From IMG/VR virus record IMGVR_UViG_3300005253_000118, positions 1-61,667 of that record: a DNA stretch of 61,667 nt. One strand, 5' to 3'. Below, piece after piece: positions 29,470-38,269 of this stretch. Numbering within the stretch: the first letter of the stretch is position 1; every line of letters starts with the position of its first letter. The position numbers and the translations under genes were made by a program. The notes beneath the pieces were generated by a model, which was not told the origin of the DNA, made no database searches, and saw nothing but the letters and a program-made list of their open reading frames with translations. This DNA comes from a virus (taxonomy: Duplodnaviria > Caudoviricetes).

Positions 29470-30171
29470 TTAATAGTTAACGCTTTGGACAACCAATTTG
29501 TCCCAATAATTCGGGTCGTCAAAAAACCCGGTTACCACTTTTTTAACCGTGCGATCCCCTATCGCAATCGCGTGTTTTATCCATTCGACCTTTATTTCGT
29601 GTTTCAACTTGTCGTTTTGCTGCTCATGCCAATATATCGAGCAGTTGAACTTCTTTTCCAAATCAAAAAACTCATTTAGGTCATGCTCCCGGGTCTGGTC
29701 TGCCGCCTCGGTTGCTTCCCACTCGGTTGATGGTATCCTCTCTTCCATCTCAGTGCAACCTTTTTTAATTACAGTCGGTAATGGGGTGATATATGAAGAA
29801 ACTATTTTATGGGCTTCATCAAGGCTGTTTGTATAAATAAAACCCGCCCAGGGTCCAAAAGTGTAATCCCTTAAATCCATGCCACATTTGCACATAAACC
29901 CCGACTTTTCTAAAATATCTGATAATCCAAATAATCCCGAAAGCGTGTCGGGTCTAATCGCCACCTTCCAACATCGATTCCGGCAAAAATCCGGAATGAC
30001 ACCAAAATGCTCAAAGTACGCTGCAAGCCAGTAGATACAGCGCCTCTCTGGATCGGACTTGAAATATATCCAAGGCGTTGTCCCACGGTATTCAGCAAAT
30101 GTTATCTTCCCATCACCGTTCTTGCACCACATCGGGTCCGCAAGAATCTTATTAACTCTTTTTTCCTCCAT
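29470..30171 (-). CDS. Cys-motif domain of unknown function, paralogue 3
   Basis: CRNRCWKVAIRPDTL, CKCGMD.R, WAGFIY, VIKKGCTEME. Confidence 0.75.
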   Translation of the reverse strand: MEEKRVNKILADPMWCKNGDGKITFAEYRGTTPWIYFKSDPERRCIYWLAAYFEHFGVIPDFCRNRCWKVAIRPDTLSGLFGLSDILEKSGFMCKCGMDLRDYTFGPWAGFIYTNSLDEAHKIVSSYITPLPTVIKKGCTEMEERIPSTEWEATEAADQTREHDLNEFFDLEKKFNCSIYWHEQQNDKLKHEIKVEWIKHAIAIGDRTVKKVVTGFFDDPNYWDKLVVQSVNY

Positions 30172-30328
30172 AATTTTTTACAACCCTCCTTCCGCTCCGT
30201 TTGGTATGATAAAGAACATCCCTTTTCCCGAATATCTTATCATACCCTTTCCGGTATTCTTTGGTCTGATTAAGATTGTTATGCTTACTTAAATACACCG
30301 GCATCGGTACTTTTGATTTAATTAACAC
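30152..30328 (-). CDS. Small hypothetical protein (58 aa, not in ORF track)
   Basis: GTG start with RBS GAGGG; contains EYRKGYDKIFGK, a motif seen in small phage proteins. Confidence 0.5.
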   Translation of the reverse strand: MLIKSKVPMPVYLSKHNNLNQTKEYRKGYDKIFGKRDVLYHTKRSGRRVVKNYGGKKS

Positions 30329-30709
30329 TTACTTCCCTCGTTTCAAGTCTTCCATAACCGTAACATAAGTCATCTCAGGGTTATCCTCAAAGAAATTCAT
30401 GAATTCATTATCCGGTAACCGCCCCTCGTTATATTCCTTCAGGAAGGCCCTTAGTCCGTCCCCGCGTTTTTCCTTCCTGTTATATTCTCTAATAAAATTA
30501 CATACATGGCGGGCAAACTCTTTTTCCTTAATTGCCAACCGTTTCGAATTAACTCTCATAAAGAGTATGTGTAAAGATTTAATCATTGACCATGTTTCAG
30601 GATGATTGATTTTATCTCTTTCAAGGCTCAACAGCTCTTCTTCTAGTGTTTTTATGTCGTGTGTCTCTATCCAGTCCTGAACAATATCTCTCGCTAATTC
30701 TTTAGCCAT
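30329..30709 (-). CDS. Hypothetical protein
   Basis: Strong RBS, tightly packed. Confidence 0.55.
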   Translation of the reverse strand: MAKELARDIVQDWIETHDIKTLEEELLSLERDKINHPETWSMIKSLHILFMRVNSKRLAIKEKEFARHVCNFIREYNRKEKRGDGLRAFLKEYNEGRLPDNEFMNFFEDNPEMTYVTVMEDLKRGK

Positions 30710-30718
30710 CTCCCCCTC

Positions 30719-30952
30719 CTATTTCACCTTATCCCAATTAAGCCACCTGTTTATCGGCATATAAAAGGATAGGAACCCCTTCTTATATTCTATTTTGGTT
30801 CTTTTCATTATCCCCTTTACCTCAAGGCTTTTTATTGTAGGAAGGTCAACTTGATTTTCCGTAACATGAAACATCGGAGGCATATTCCCCACGTCAGGAA
30901 TTGTTTTATAAACCTCAACTAAATCACGTTCTCTTTTTGTCATGGCTGGCAT
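30719..30952 (-). CDS. Hypothetical protein
   Basis: Tightly packed with RBS. Confidence 0.5.
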   Translation of the reverse strand: MPAMTKRERDLVEVYKTIPDVGNMPPMFHVTENQVDLPTIKSLEVKGIMKRTKIEYKKGFLSFYMPINRWLNWDKVK

Positions 30953-31243
30953 CTATTTCACCCTCTCTATCGGAGATTTATACCTCGCAGCCACTTCAAC
31001 ATCGTGGCCATAGTCTTTTTGAGCTTCACTAAATTCCAACACATCAGAATCATAATAATCAGACGGTATTTCTCGACCAAAATAGTCGTGTAAAAGCTCC
31101 TTGGCTTTCAAGATGGCGTCAGGCTTCTTCAACAACAGACATCGTATATTTGGTATTCTCACCGCAAGAGAATATGTTTCCCCTGGAGTAAAGGGAACCT
31201 CTATAACATTCTCACAAGCCTCATCCCAACGGTATAAAGCCAT
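30953..31243 (-). CDS. Hypothetical protein
   Basis: Tightly packed with RBS. Confidence 0.5.
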   Translation of the reverse strand: MALYRWDEACENVIEVPFTPGETYSLAVRIPNIRCLLLKKPDAILKAKELLHDYFGREIPSDYYDSDVLEFSEAQKDYGHDVEVAARYKSPIERVK

Positions 31244-31382
31244 TTATTTCACCCCCCTATTTTTCCTCGTAACCTCAACAAGCCGGATACCACCATCAAG
31301 CCAAGTAACCTCAACGGTAGTCTTGCCTGTGGATTTCTTAGCCGCCCAATCAGCATAAAACCCCCGTTCGTACTCGAAAAGA

Positions 31383-33446
31383 TCATGCAGCGTTAGTTTT
31401 CTGCTGCTGTCTTTGGGCGTTAACTTGGTTCGATCTGACAATAAAATCAAGCTCCTGTCGGCGCTCCTCTAGCCCGAGTTTCGCGGTATCTATCTGGTGT
31501 TTCTGAGCGCCCTTTGTCTTTTGTTCGTCTAGTTTCTCATGCCCGAGCTGAGTGGATGTATCGATCTTCTTCATGCTCGACTCCATATTTGCCTGAATCT
31601 TCAACTTTTCTAACTCAATCTGCTGTTGCTGCGCCTGTTGCGCCGCCTGTTGCTGCTGTTTAATAAACTCTAACCACCGGCGCTTCTCAGATGCGGAGAT
31701 ATCAAGTTTTTCAATAACTGCTTCCGGGTCAACCTCAAACCCCTTCTCCCGCATTTCCATGAACACTGCCAGGTCCATAACACGTTTTGATTTGTTCGCT
31801 GGGGACTCTTCGGTATCGACATTATATTTTAAGTTTCTCAGATCCCGTATGTTAGCCTGCTGCCCGTGCTGTTTATCATAAATGATACCGTTTTGGATAA
31901 CGTATCTATCTGTCTGCCCAAGAATGTCCATTATCTGCTCATCGGGCATAAATTTTACGACGATCGTCTGTGTCCGTTTATACATAGCCTCTTTGTGCAT
32001 CCGGCCGCTCTTAAACAGGGGTTTCAACAACATCATCCCCTGCTGCTGTCTCAACCGGATAACGACGCCAGGCTCTTGGCGGCCACGGTCCATACCAAGA
32101 AGGTCCGGGTTCCCGGCCGGGCTTACCCGTTTCATCATGTTTTGCGCGGCCTCCTCTAACGCCATGGGCGCGGCGGGCAGGGCTGGTATTTTGCGATCCT
32201 GGATTTTGCCCTTAATGAGAGCCCCTTCCGTTAGAAGCGTTGTACCCCCGACATCTCTTAGAGACGCCTCGCCCTGCGCCTGATCCACAAAAGCGCCTTC
32301 TTCCACGTAAACCCCGGGTTGGACCTGATTATTCAACCAATTCAGGGTTTGAGACCATCGCTTATTAACTTCCCGTTGCGGGTCTTTCATCGGTCTGACT
32401 ATTCCTGAATTGTTACCAGTACGCTTTGAAGGGTCGCTGTACGCAAAGCAGGGGACTATGGAAAACCCGTCATAGGGTAGGGGAGAATCACCATCAAAGA
32501 GAACCCTGTCTCCAATAAACTGAAGCCACTTAGCCTTTTTATCCATCACGGTCACATACTCGAATTCTTGCCCGTAAAGCTGCGGATAAACTCCCTCTAG
32601 TTTTTTCAAGTTCTTTTCTTCAAACTCCATGCCCTTATTGGTCTCAGGATGAAAACCGTAATATCGCTTATATGACTGCCAGTATTCCATGTGAATCACA
32701 CGCACCATGCGTTTGGTCCTGTCAAAATAAGTTATATCAAGAGGGGTATTGTAATCAGAAGTGTCTTCGTCTTCCAGATCAGGCGACATCTCGAACATAT
32801 CATCCGCTTTCATGGAAGCAAGCGGTCCCGACATCTGACCGGTCGCCAGTATTTCCTCTAAATGCGCCGCGTGCTTTGGATACCGTATCTTAAAGTCCTC
32901 GGCTGTTACCCATTTCTCCCAAAAGATATGACTGGCATCCAGAATATCCTTTCTTCGTGAAGTGGGGTCTTTTTTAACTTCATGGACAGGAATACTTGGG
33001 AATTCGATAATAATATGTCCCAATCGCTTCGGATCCGGGTTGAAATCGATGGCGCCCCAGCCGCGGCCACAGATTATCGAAGACTCAAAAACGTCATCTT
33101 CCGCTTCCTCGGCTCCGGCCTTTTTTCTTACAAAATCAACGGTGTTGTTTAAAACTTCGCATAAAAAGTCGTCTCCGGGTTCAACGGGTGTGGCAAAAAA
33201 CCGAACGCGGGTGTCCTCATTGAGACCCATCACCAACTCAACTGAGTTTCTGATAAGGTTAAAGGTCATTAAATGGCGCTTCTCCTCGGCCATTATATTT
33301 ATTTCCGCGTCGGTCCACTGCTTATTATCTACAAAATTAAAGTCCTCTCGCGCCTCGGTTTGAAAATCGGTATCGGCTGTAGCGGCCTCGAGATGCAGTT
33401 TCTTCGCTCTCTTTAGTTTTTCAGTTTTACTTAATCCGTCGAACAT
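31383..33446 (-). CDS. Portal protein (P22-like)
   Basis: ED..F....QW, TFN.I, G.GW, F..VP.F, G.VRPMKDPQRE.NKR.S motifs; Q-rich barrel C-terminus. Confidence 0.9.
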   Translation of the reverse strand: MFDGLSKTEKLKRAKKLHLEAATADTDFQTEAREDFNFVDNKQWTDAEINIMAEEKRHLMTFNLIRNSVELVMGLNEDTRVRFFATPVEPGDDFLCEVLNNTVDFVRKKAGAEEAEDDVFESSIICGRGWGAIDFNPDPKRLGHIIIEFPSIPVHEVKKDPTSRRKDILDASHIFWEKWVTAEDFKIRYPKHAAHLEEILATGQMSGPLASMKADDMFEMSPDLEDEDTSDYNTPLDITYFDRTKRMVRVIHMEYWQSYKRYYGFHPETNKGMEFEEKNLKKLEGVYPQLYGQEFEYVTVMDKKAKWLQFIGDRVLFDGDSPLPYDGFSIVPCFAYSDPSKRTGNNSGIVRPMKDPQREVNKRWSQTLNWLNNQVQPGVYVEEGAFVDQAQGEASLRDVGGTTLLTEGALIKGKIQDRKIPALPAAPMALEEAAQNMMKRVSPAGNPDLLGMDRGRQEPGVVIRLRQQQGMMLLKPLFKSGRMHKEAMYKRTQTIVVKFMPDEQIMDILGQTDRYVIQNGIIYDKQHGQQANIRDLRNLKYNVDTEESPANKSKRVMDLAVFMEMREKGFEVDPEAVIEKLDISASEKRRWLEFIKQQQQAAQQAQQQQIELEKLKIQANMESSMKKIDTSTQLGHEKLDEQKTKGAQKHQIDTAKLGLEERRQELDFIVRSNQVNAQRQQQKTNAA

Positions 33447-33793
33447 TTATCCACAATCCTTCTCATTTCCTCGATTGCCCCATCTATTAGTTTGGGGGTA
33501 TGTATTAAACCGATCTGCTCATGTTTATATGATGGGCCCATCCCCCAATACCACTCTCCCTGATCACCACAGTTAGGACAGATATCATCATCATATCTAT
33601 GCGGAGGTTGCCACCCCATTTTACCACCCACCGTTTTTAACCCATCCACAACCAATGAGTGGCGTTTATTAGTGTCCGCATTGCTTACAGCCAGCGTACA
33701 AGTTTCGCCATAACCGGATTCCTGCACATGAACAGTGTGCTTACTGTCGGAAAACGCTACTATAAACTTATCGGCAACCTCTTTTCTTGTCAT
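33431..33793 (-). CDS. Hypothetical protein
   Basis: RBS GGGGG; overlaps portal start. Confidence 0.5.
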   Translation of the reverse strand: MTRKEVADKFIVAFSDSKHTVHVQESGYGETCTLAVSNADTNKRHSLVVDGLKTVGGKMGWQPPHRYDDDICPNCGDQGEWYWGMGPSYKHEQIGLIHTPKLIDGAIEEMRRIVDKCSTD

Positions 33794-34266
33794 TACACCC
33801 CCCTTCTTTTTATAACTCCAGAAATACTTTACAGTTCTTTTAATATGCGCGAATAATAACTCTTTGATACGAATTCTTTAAATACCCTAGCAGAAATCGC
33901 TTGAGCAGATACTTTTCTTGCAAATACTTGCGAAGGGCTAAAAAAACCAAAACTCCAGCTTACATGGCCATCGTTGTCTCTTTCTAGCAGATTCTCCCCA
34001 ACTTGTTTAGAAAATGCCTTATTTTTAATCCTTGGCGTGTTCGCGAAAGTAGTTTCCATAAAGTTCCCTCAAAATTACGGTTTCTAAGCATTGTGGGGAT
34101 GCACCCGCACTCAAAAATGGGTAAGTCGTGAATGCTGCACCATCCGCAACAAAGGTGGCCTGATTCCCCCGCCTTTTTGCAATTAACCCGATCGATATCG
34201 TCGTTTTCTGGTAGCCGCCCAGTCCCCATAAAGAACATGCGTCGACTCAATTTACGCCCGGTCGGG

Positions 34267-34659
34267 CTATGCCCGCTCATTTTTCACCAGCACCGGCTCC
34301 ACGGTTCCAGGATCATATCCGGCCGCAATAACGTCGGCTACCTTCATCTGAACACCAACATGGAGACAGCTTGCACACTGAGGTACATATCGCTTGTTTT
34401 CGTTCTTATCCTTTCTATACCGGACTTGAATTGCTGGACGATCACAGCACTTTTTTGATAGGTTCCCCCATGGTTCTGTGGCCGGTGCCCCCTCCTCTTT
34501 TATCGGAACAATATCCCAGTTCGAATTGTGAACAATGACACCGCCGGGTAGGTTTATCCAGGGCTGCAACCCTCGGTTCCGCATCGTCTCAAAGATTTCC
34601 TTCAGCTCTTTCTCTGTGATCTCGTATTCGCCATGTACTGTTTTAAATAAGTAGTTCAT
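34267..34659 (-). CDS. Hypothetical zinc-binding protein
   Basis: CC...QC.SC; RBS GGAGGG. Confidence 0.5.
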   Translation of the reverse strand: MNYLFKTVHGEYEITEKELKEIFETMRNRGLQPWINLPGGVIVHNSNWDIVPIKEEGAPATEPWGNLSKKCCDRPAIQVRYRKDKNENKRYVPQCASCLHVGVQMKVADVIAAGYDPGTVEPVLVKNERA

Positions 34660-34670
34660 TTAACCCTCCT

Positions 34671-36353
34671 TTACCGCGTCCAGGCGGTTCCTCGTCTCCT
34701 GATTCTCCAATACTGAGCAACTAACTTACTAATGTTCTGCGTTCCTATTTTCTCAGAGGCCAGCATACAATAGTTCGTTGCGTGCCGATAATGGTCTTCT
34801 TTTGTACCCACAGTCACAAATTTATATATTTTATCCCCCGTGTCGCGGTCCTCATGCAGAATCTTAGCAACATTTGTCATCTGTTTAGCATAGTCTTCCA
34901 TGGCGCTGGATCCTTTCACCGGAAGTTCCAGCCTTCCGCTGTGTGCAACAAGTTCATGTGAGGCGTCAAGAAGTTCGGTTCGGTTACCATAAATTTCCTG
35001 GTCCTTATCATTCCATGCTGTCGGCCCCCGCTGTTTCCCTTCCTGATAGCCGCACAAATAAACCGAGTTTCTCTTCTCATGTGTCTGAAAATCCCTGACC
35101 TTATTGGTTTCTGGGTATTTATCAATCACCGTACACCGAACTCCGAACTCCTGGGCTATTTTGTGAAGATGATTAAAGGGATCTTCGCCTTTAACCTTTT
35201 CAATCTTACCAATTTTGATAACTTTCAAAAGGCTGACACTTGGTTTTACACCAATTACATAATGAAGCGCCTTACCGACATCAACTCCCATGCAAGCCGG
35301 CCCGTCACTATTTTCCGCCATGACGTCTTCTCTGCAACAGGCATTAACCTGATTCACCCCCAAGCGATTCTCTGTATCGATATAGGGCATACCCAACATC
35401 GAGTTATAAACCTCGCCCAGGTTCCCGTCAGGCGGGTGCCTAAAAGCCTGCAGGATTTCTGTGGGAGATATGAAAGCAGAGTTTAAAGCGGAAATCCACC
35501 ACCCGACCATATCTTCCGCTCTTTCAGGAAACCGGGCTAACCAATAACCGTCCCGGGTGAAAATCTCCTTCCCACATTTCATACATTTTCGAAACGCCTC
35601 TAATTTTCCCTCAACCCTACGCTCCCCCAGGCAATCAGGGAACTCCATTTCAAGGCAAGTTTCATGGTTACACGCCTTGCATCTAATCATCCACACACGC
35701 ATGTCAGAGGTGTTATACAGCCTGTCGATACCATGATCCGGTATGGTGGGTGTTGACAAATATGCTTCCTGACGAACCTTAGAATGGAACATACGAGCCA
35801 ATGCAAGTAGAATCATAGCAACGTCCATCTCATCAACCTCGTCAAAAACCACAATATCAACAGGAGCAGATTTTAGTTTTGTACTGCTCTTTTTACCACT
35901 GGAGCCACCAATCTTTGTTGTTGCCCTCGCGCCATGCAAATACAACATAGCATTGGCTATCCTTTTCATAGAGGCGTTGTCTGTGTTTCTAACATACTGT
36001 GCAATAACAGAATTAGCCGCTATCAGCGGATCAAATCTGGCTTTTGTAAATTCATGCGCGTCATCCCCTGTAGGAAAGAGATACATGGCCCCCTGCTTAT
36101 ATTTGCCGTATATCAAGCCGTGCATGACCTTGAGGATCCACATAGCCGTAGCACCCCACTGTGCGCTCTTCATCATACACTGTTTGCGTGCATTGCACTG
36201 AATAGGATCGACCTGATACAAATGCCCGTCCAGCGTGTACGGCATCCCTTCCGTAAACTTAATCTTATTAACTCTGAGCCAGTACAGAATATCCAGGGCG
36301 CCGCCTTGTTCGACGATCTGTTCCGGTGTGAGTTTTATTGCCGGTATTGCCAT
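34671..36353 (-). CDS. terL: Terminase large subunit (gpA-type)
   Basis: KSAQWGAT Walker A-like, VVFDEVD Walker B, STPT coupling motif, Zn ribbon, GVDVG nuclease, DHY.HA. Confidence 0.9.
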   Translation of the reverse strand: MAIPAIKLTPEQIVEQGGALDILYWLRVNKIKFTEGMPYTLDGHLYQVDPIQCNARKQCMMKSAQWGATAMWILKVMHGLIYGKYKQGAMYLFPTGDDAHEFTKARFDPLIAANSVIAQYVRNTDNASMKRIANAMLYLHGARATTKIGGSSGKKSSTKLKSAPVDIVVFDEVDEMDVAMILLALARMFHSKVRQEAYLSTPTIPDHGIDRLYNTSDMRVWMIRCKACNHETCLEMEFPDCLGERRVEGKLEAFRKCMKCGKEIFTRDGYWLARFPERAEDMVGWWISALNSAFISPTEILQAFRHPPDGNLGEVYNSMLGMPYIDTENRLGVNQVNACCREDVMAENSDGPACMGVDVGKALHYVIGVKPSVSLLKVIKIGKIEKVKGEDPFNHLHKIAQEFGVRCTVIDKYPETNKVRDFQTHEKRNSVYLCGYQEGKQRGPTAWNDKDQEIYGNRTELLDASHELVAHSGRLELPVKGSSAMEDYAKQMTNVAKILHEDRDTGDKIYKFVTVGTKEDHYRHATNYCMLASEKIGTQNISKLVAQYWRIRRRGTAWTR

Positions 36354-36354
36354 A

Positions 36355-36543
36355 TTATTTATCTTGTTTCAGCACTGTGTAATTACTGCACGTTAGGTTG
36401 TTATTTACTACTGGCTCCGAATTCGCCCTATCACCATATTTATAATAAATGATTTTAAAGGGATCATGGCACTCCCCGCTTTGGTCATCTGAAAGTGGCA
36501 TGGGGTGAAAATGCCCGCATGTTTCACACGTTGGTCCACTCAT
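36355..36543 (-). CDS. Small Cys-rich protein
   Basis: CETC.HF...GEC...C. Confidence 0.5.
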   Translation of the reverse strand: MSGPTCETCGHFHPMPLSDDQSGECHDPFKIIYYKYGDRANSEPVVNNNLTCSNYTVLKQDK

Positions 36544-36760
36544 TATTACCCCCCCTTATTTGGTCAATAGTAATCCTGTCTTCTTGATAAAGCGTTACGC
36601 CGGAATATTTGCCTATTTCACCGCTAAAGATCGGATTCTTGAGCCCGCGCGGTTTCCATCCGCCACGGAGTTGCCCAAGTGTAGGAAATATTTCTCCTGG
36701 AAAAAGCGTTAACCCAAGGACTGCCGCTGCGGTTCGTTTTATGAATGAACGTCTTTTCAT
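36524..36760 (-). CDS. Twin-arginine-signal mini-protein carrying capsid-derived segments
   Basis: MKRRSFIK; RGLKNPIFSGEIGKYSG matches MCP 247-263; YQEDRITIDQIR matches MCP 85-96. Confidence 0.75.
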   Translation of the reverse strand: MKRRSFIKRTAAAVLGLTLFPGEIFPTLGQLRGGWKPRGLKNPIFSGEIGKYSGVTLYQEDRITIDQIRGGNNEWTNV

Positions 36761-37093
36761 TTGGAAAGCAAAATAGTATCAACCCGTTTACCATCAACAA
36801 AGTAAAAACAATTCACATCTTTCAACCTTGAATCTATTATAATCTTCCCCAACGGTGTCTTAACAATAAGGCGGTCAATCCCCGAGCCCATCTCAATTTC
36901 TTCAGTCAATTTAAGTAAAGATTTCGGCCATTTATGCTGCAATCCTATCATCGAGTTTATCAATCGCATCAAAAATACACTCCATACACGCATCGTATAG
37001 TGTCTTGATTTTTTCTATCGTTAGCTCGCCCTCAATATCAGTATTGATTGATTTAATCATTTTTCTTTCCCTCTAATAAATAGAAAAAGTCGG

Positions 37094-37378
37094 TTATAAA
37101 TCACTTAATGGAGCGCCCTTTGAAACTTCATCAAATAACTGTCTCCATTCACTGTTATCTATAATACCAAACGTCACAGCACACTGGATTATACCCTTTC
37201 TATATTCCCTGGTTTTTCTCAGTCTTAATATTTTCAACAACTCTACTTTTCTATAACCGGAAGTTTTAGGGGGTACACTCAAAACAACCTTTCTAAGTTC
37301 ATTAAATTCTTTCTGCGTCCTAAGTAAACTAGCAATCATCCTGTTCATGGTATAAATTTGGGATTTCAGTTTATCCAT
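37094..37378 (-). CDS. Hypothetical protein
   Basis: RBS AGGAGGGG. Confidence 0.5.
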   Translation of the reverse strand: MDKLKSQIYTMNRMIASLLRTQKEFNELRKVVLSVPPKTSGYRKVELLKILRLRKTREYRKGIIQCAVTFGIIDNSEWRQLFDEVSKGAPLSDL

Positions 37379-37391
37379 TACCCCCTCCTAA

Positions 37392-37446
37392 AATAGAAAA
37401 GGGCGCATGCTAAGAGGGTGAGCTCTCACCAGCGCCCTTTCTATTC
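37392..37446 (-). terminator. Long stem-loop/terminator
   Basis: AATAGAAAAGGGCGC ... GCGCCCTTTCTATT. Confidence 0.55.
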
Positions 37447-37486
37447 TCTAAATCCGCAAGAGAGCTACCCCTACGGGTTTTGTTTG

Positions 37487-37750
37487 TTATTTATTTAGTT
37501 TTGAGAAATAAGACTCTTCCAGTGCGTCTTTCCAAATCGTTTTAGACCAAATCTTAACGGCTTTTGAGTCGTTAGTGCTAAAATCCCAGACATTCACGCC
37601 CTCATACCGACCTATCTCCCCAGTAAAGATCGGGTTTTTCCTCCCCCTACCGGCCGAAACCGCCACATCTGACGGAATTAAGGCTTTAGGAACCACAAAA
37701 GCCAGCCCTAACAGAGCGGCCGCCCGCTTTATGAATGATCGTCTATTCAT
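37487..37750 (-). CDS. Twin-arginine-signal mini-protein carrying two capsid-derived segments
   Basis: Start MNRRSFIK; RGRKNPIFTGEIGRYEG (MCP 247-263), then DFSTNDSKAVKIWS..ALEESYFSK (MCP 5-33). Confidence 0.8.
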   Translation of the reverse strand: MNRRSFIKRAAALLGLAFVVPKALIPSDVAVSAGRGRKNPIFTGEIGRYEGVNVWDFSTNDSKAVKIWSKTIWKDALEESYFSKLNK

Positions 37751-37755
37751 TTCAA

Positions 37756-37965
37756 TCACTCCCCTAAGAACACATGGCAATAATCATAACGTCTAATAAT
37801 TTTATAATATGCCTTCCCGTCAATCATAATCGGCGCCATTCCGTTTTTTTTCATCCGCTCCACCGCCTTATCTATGTCAACGACGGTAAGTTGCTTGTGC
37901 TTAGGAGTCTGATCTAATATAAACGTATCGTTATAAATTTTTAATTTATCTTCAGCCTTATTCAA
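37756..37965 (-). CDS. Mini-protein with capsid-like segment
   Basis: Likely TTG start; LTVVDIDKAVERMK...PIMIDGKAYY resembles MCP 183-213 IALADLNFAKEKAK...PAIVDGEEYY. Confidence 0.6.
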   Translation of the reverse strand: MNKAEDKLKIYNDTFILDQTPKHKQLTVVDIDKAVERMKKNGMAPIMIDGKAYYKIIRRYDYCHVFLGE

Positions 37966-38269
37966 AACACCCCTCAGCCTCCTCTTCCCCAAGCTCAGCA
38001 CCACAGGTCGCATTCAAACAGTAATAAGTCGAGACCGGTATCAGCTTATTCTTGCTCATTAAATTACCCGGATGAACCCCCGGACACTTCTTCATTGTCA
38101 TGCACGGCTGAAACAAAGTCCCGCCGCACTTCGAACATTCCGCATTCTTTAACTCCAACACCGCGGCATTGGTGAGGTCAAATTCCCGGGGAGGGTTGAT
38201 TCTTCCTGGGCCGACTGCCTCCCCACTACCCGGTAGAATTATCCGGCTTTTCACTTTCTTTTGACTCAT
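37958..38269 (-). CDS. Zinc-ribbon protein
   Basis: CSKCGG..F ... YYC....CG. Confidence 0.55.
   Translation of the reverse strand: MSQKKVKSRIILPGSGEAVGPGRINPPREFDLTNAAVLELKNAECSKCGGTLFQPCMTMKKCPGVHPGNLMSKNKLIPVSTYYCLNATCGAELGEEEAEGCFE

Noticed and set aside
30195-30305. Hairpins GGTATGATAA/TTATCATACC as a possible riboswitch
   Set aside because: Region is explained by a 58-aa ORF (30152-30328) with a recognisable phage motif; no aptamer consensus seen
31560-31680. Gln-rich repeat
   Set aside because: Normal coiled-coil barrel of P22-like portals
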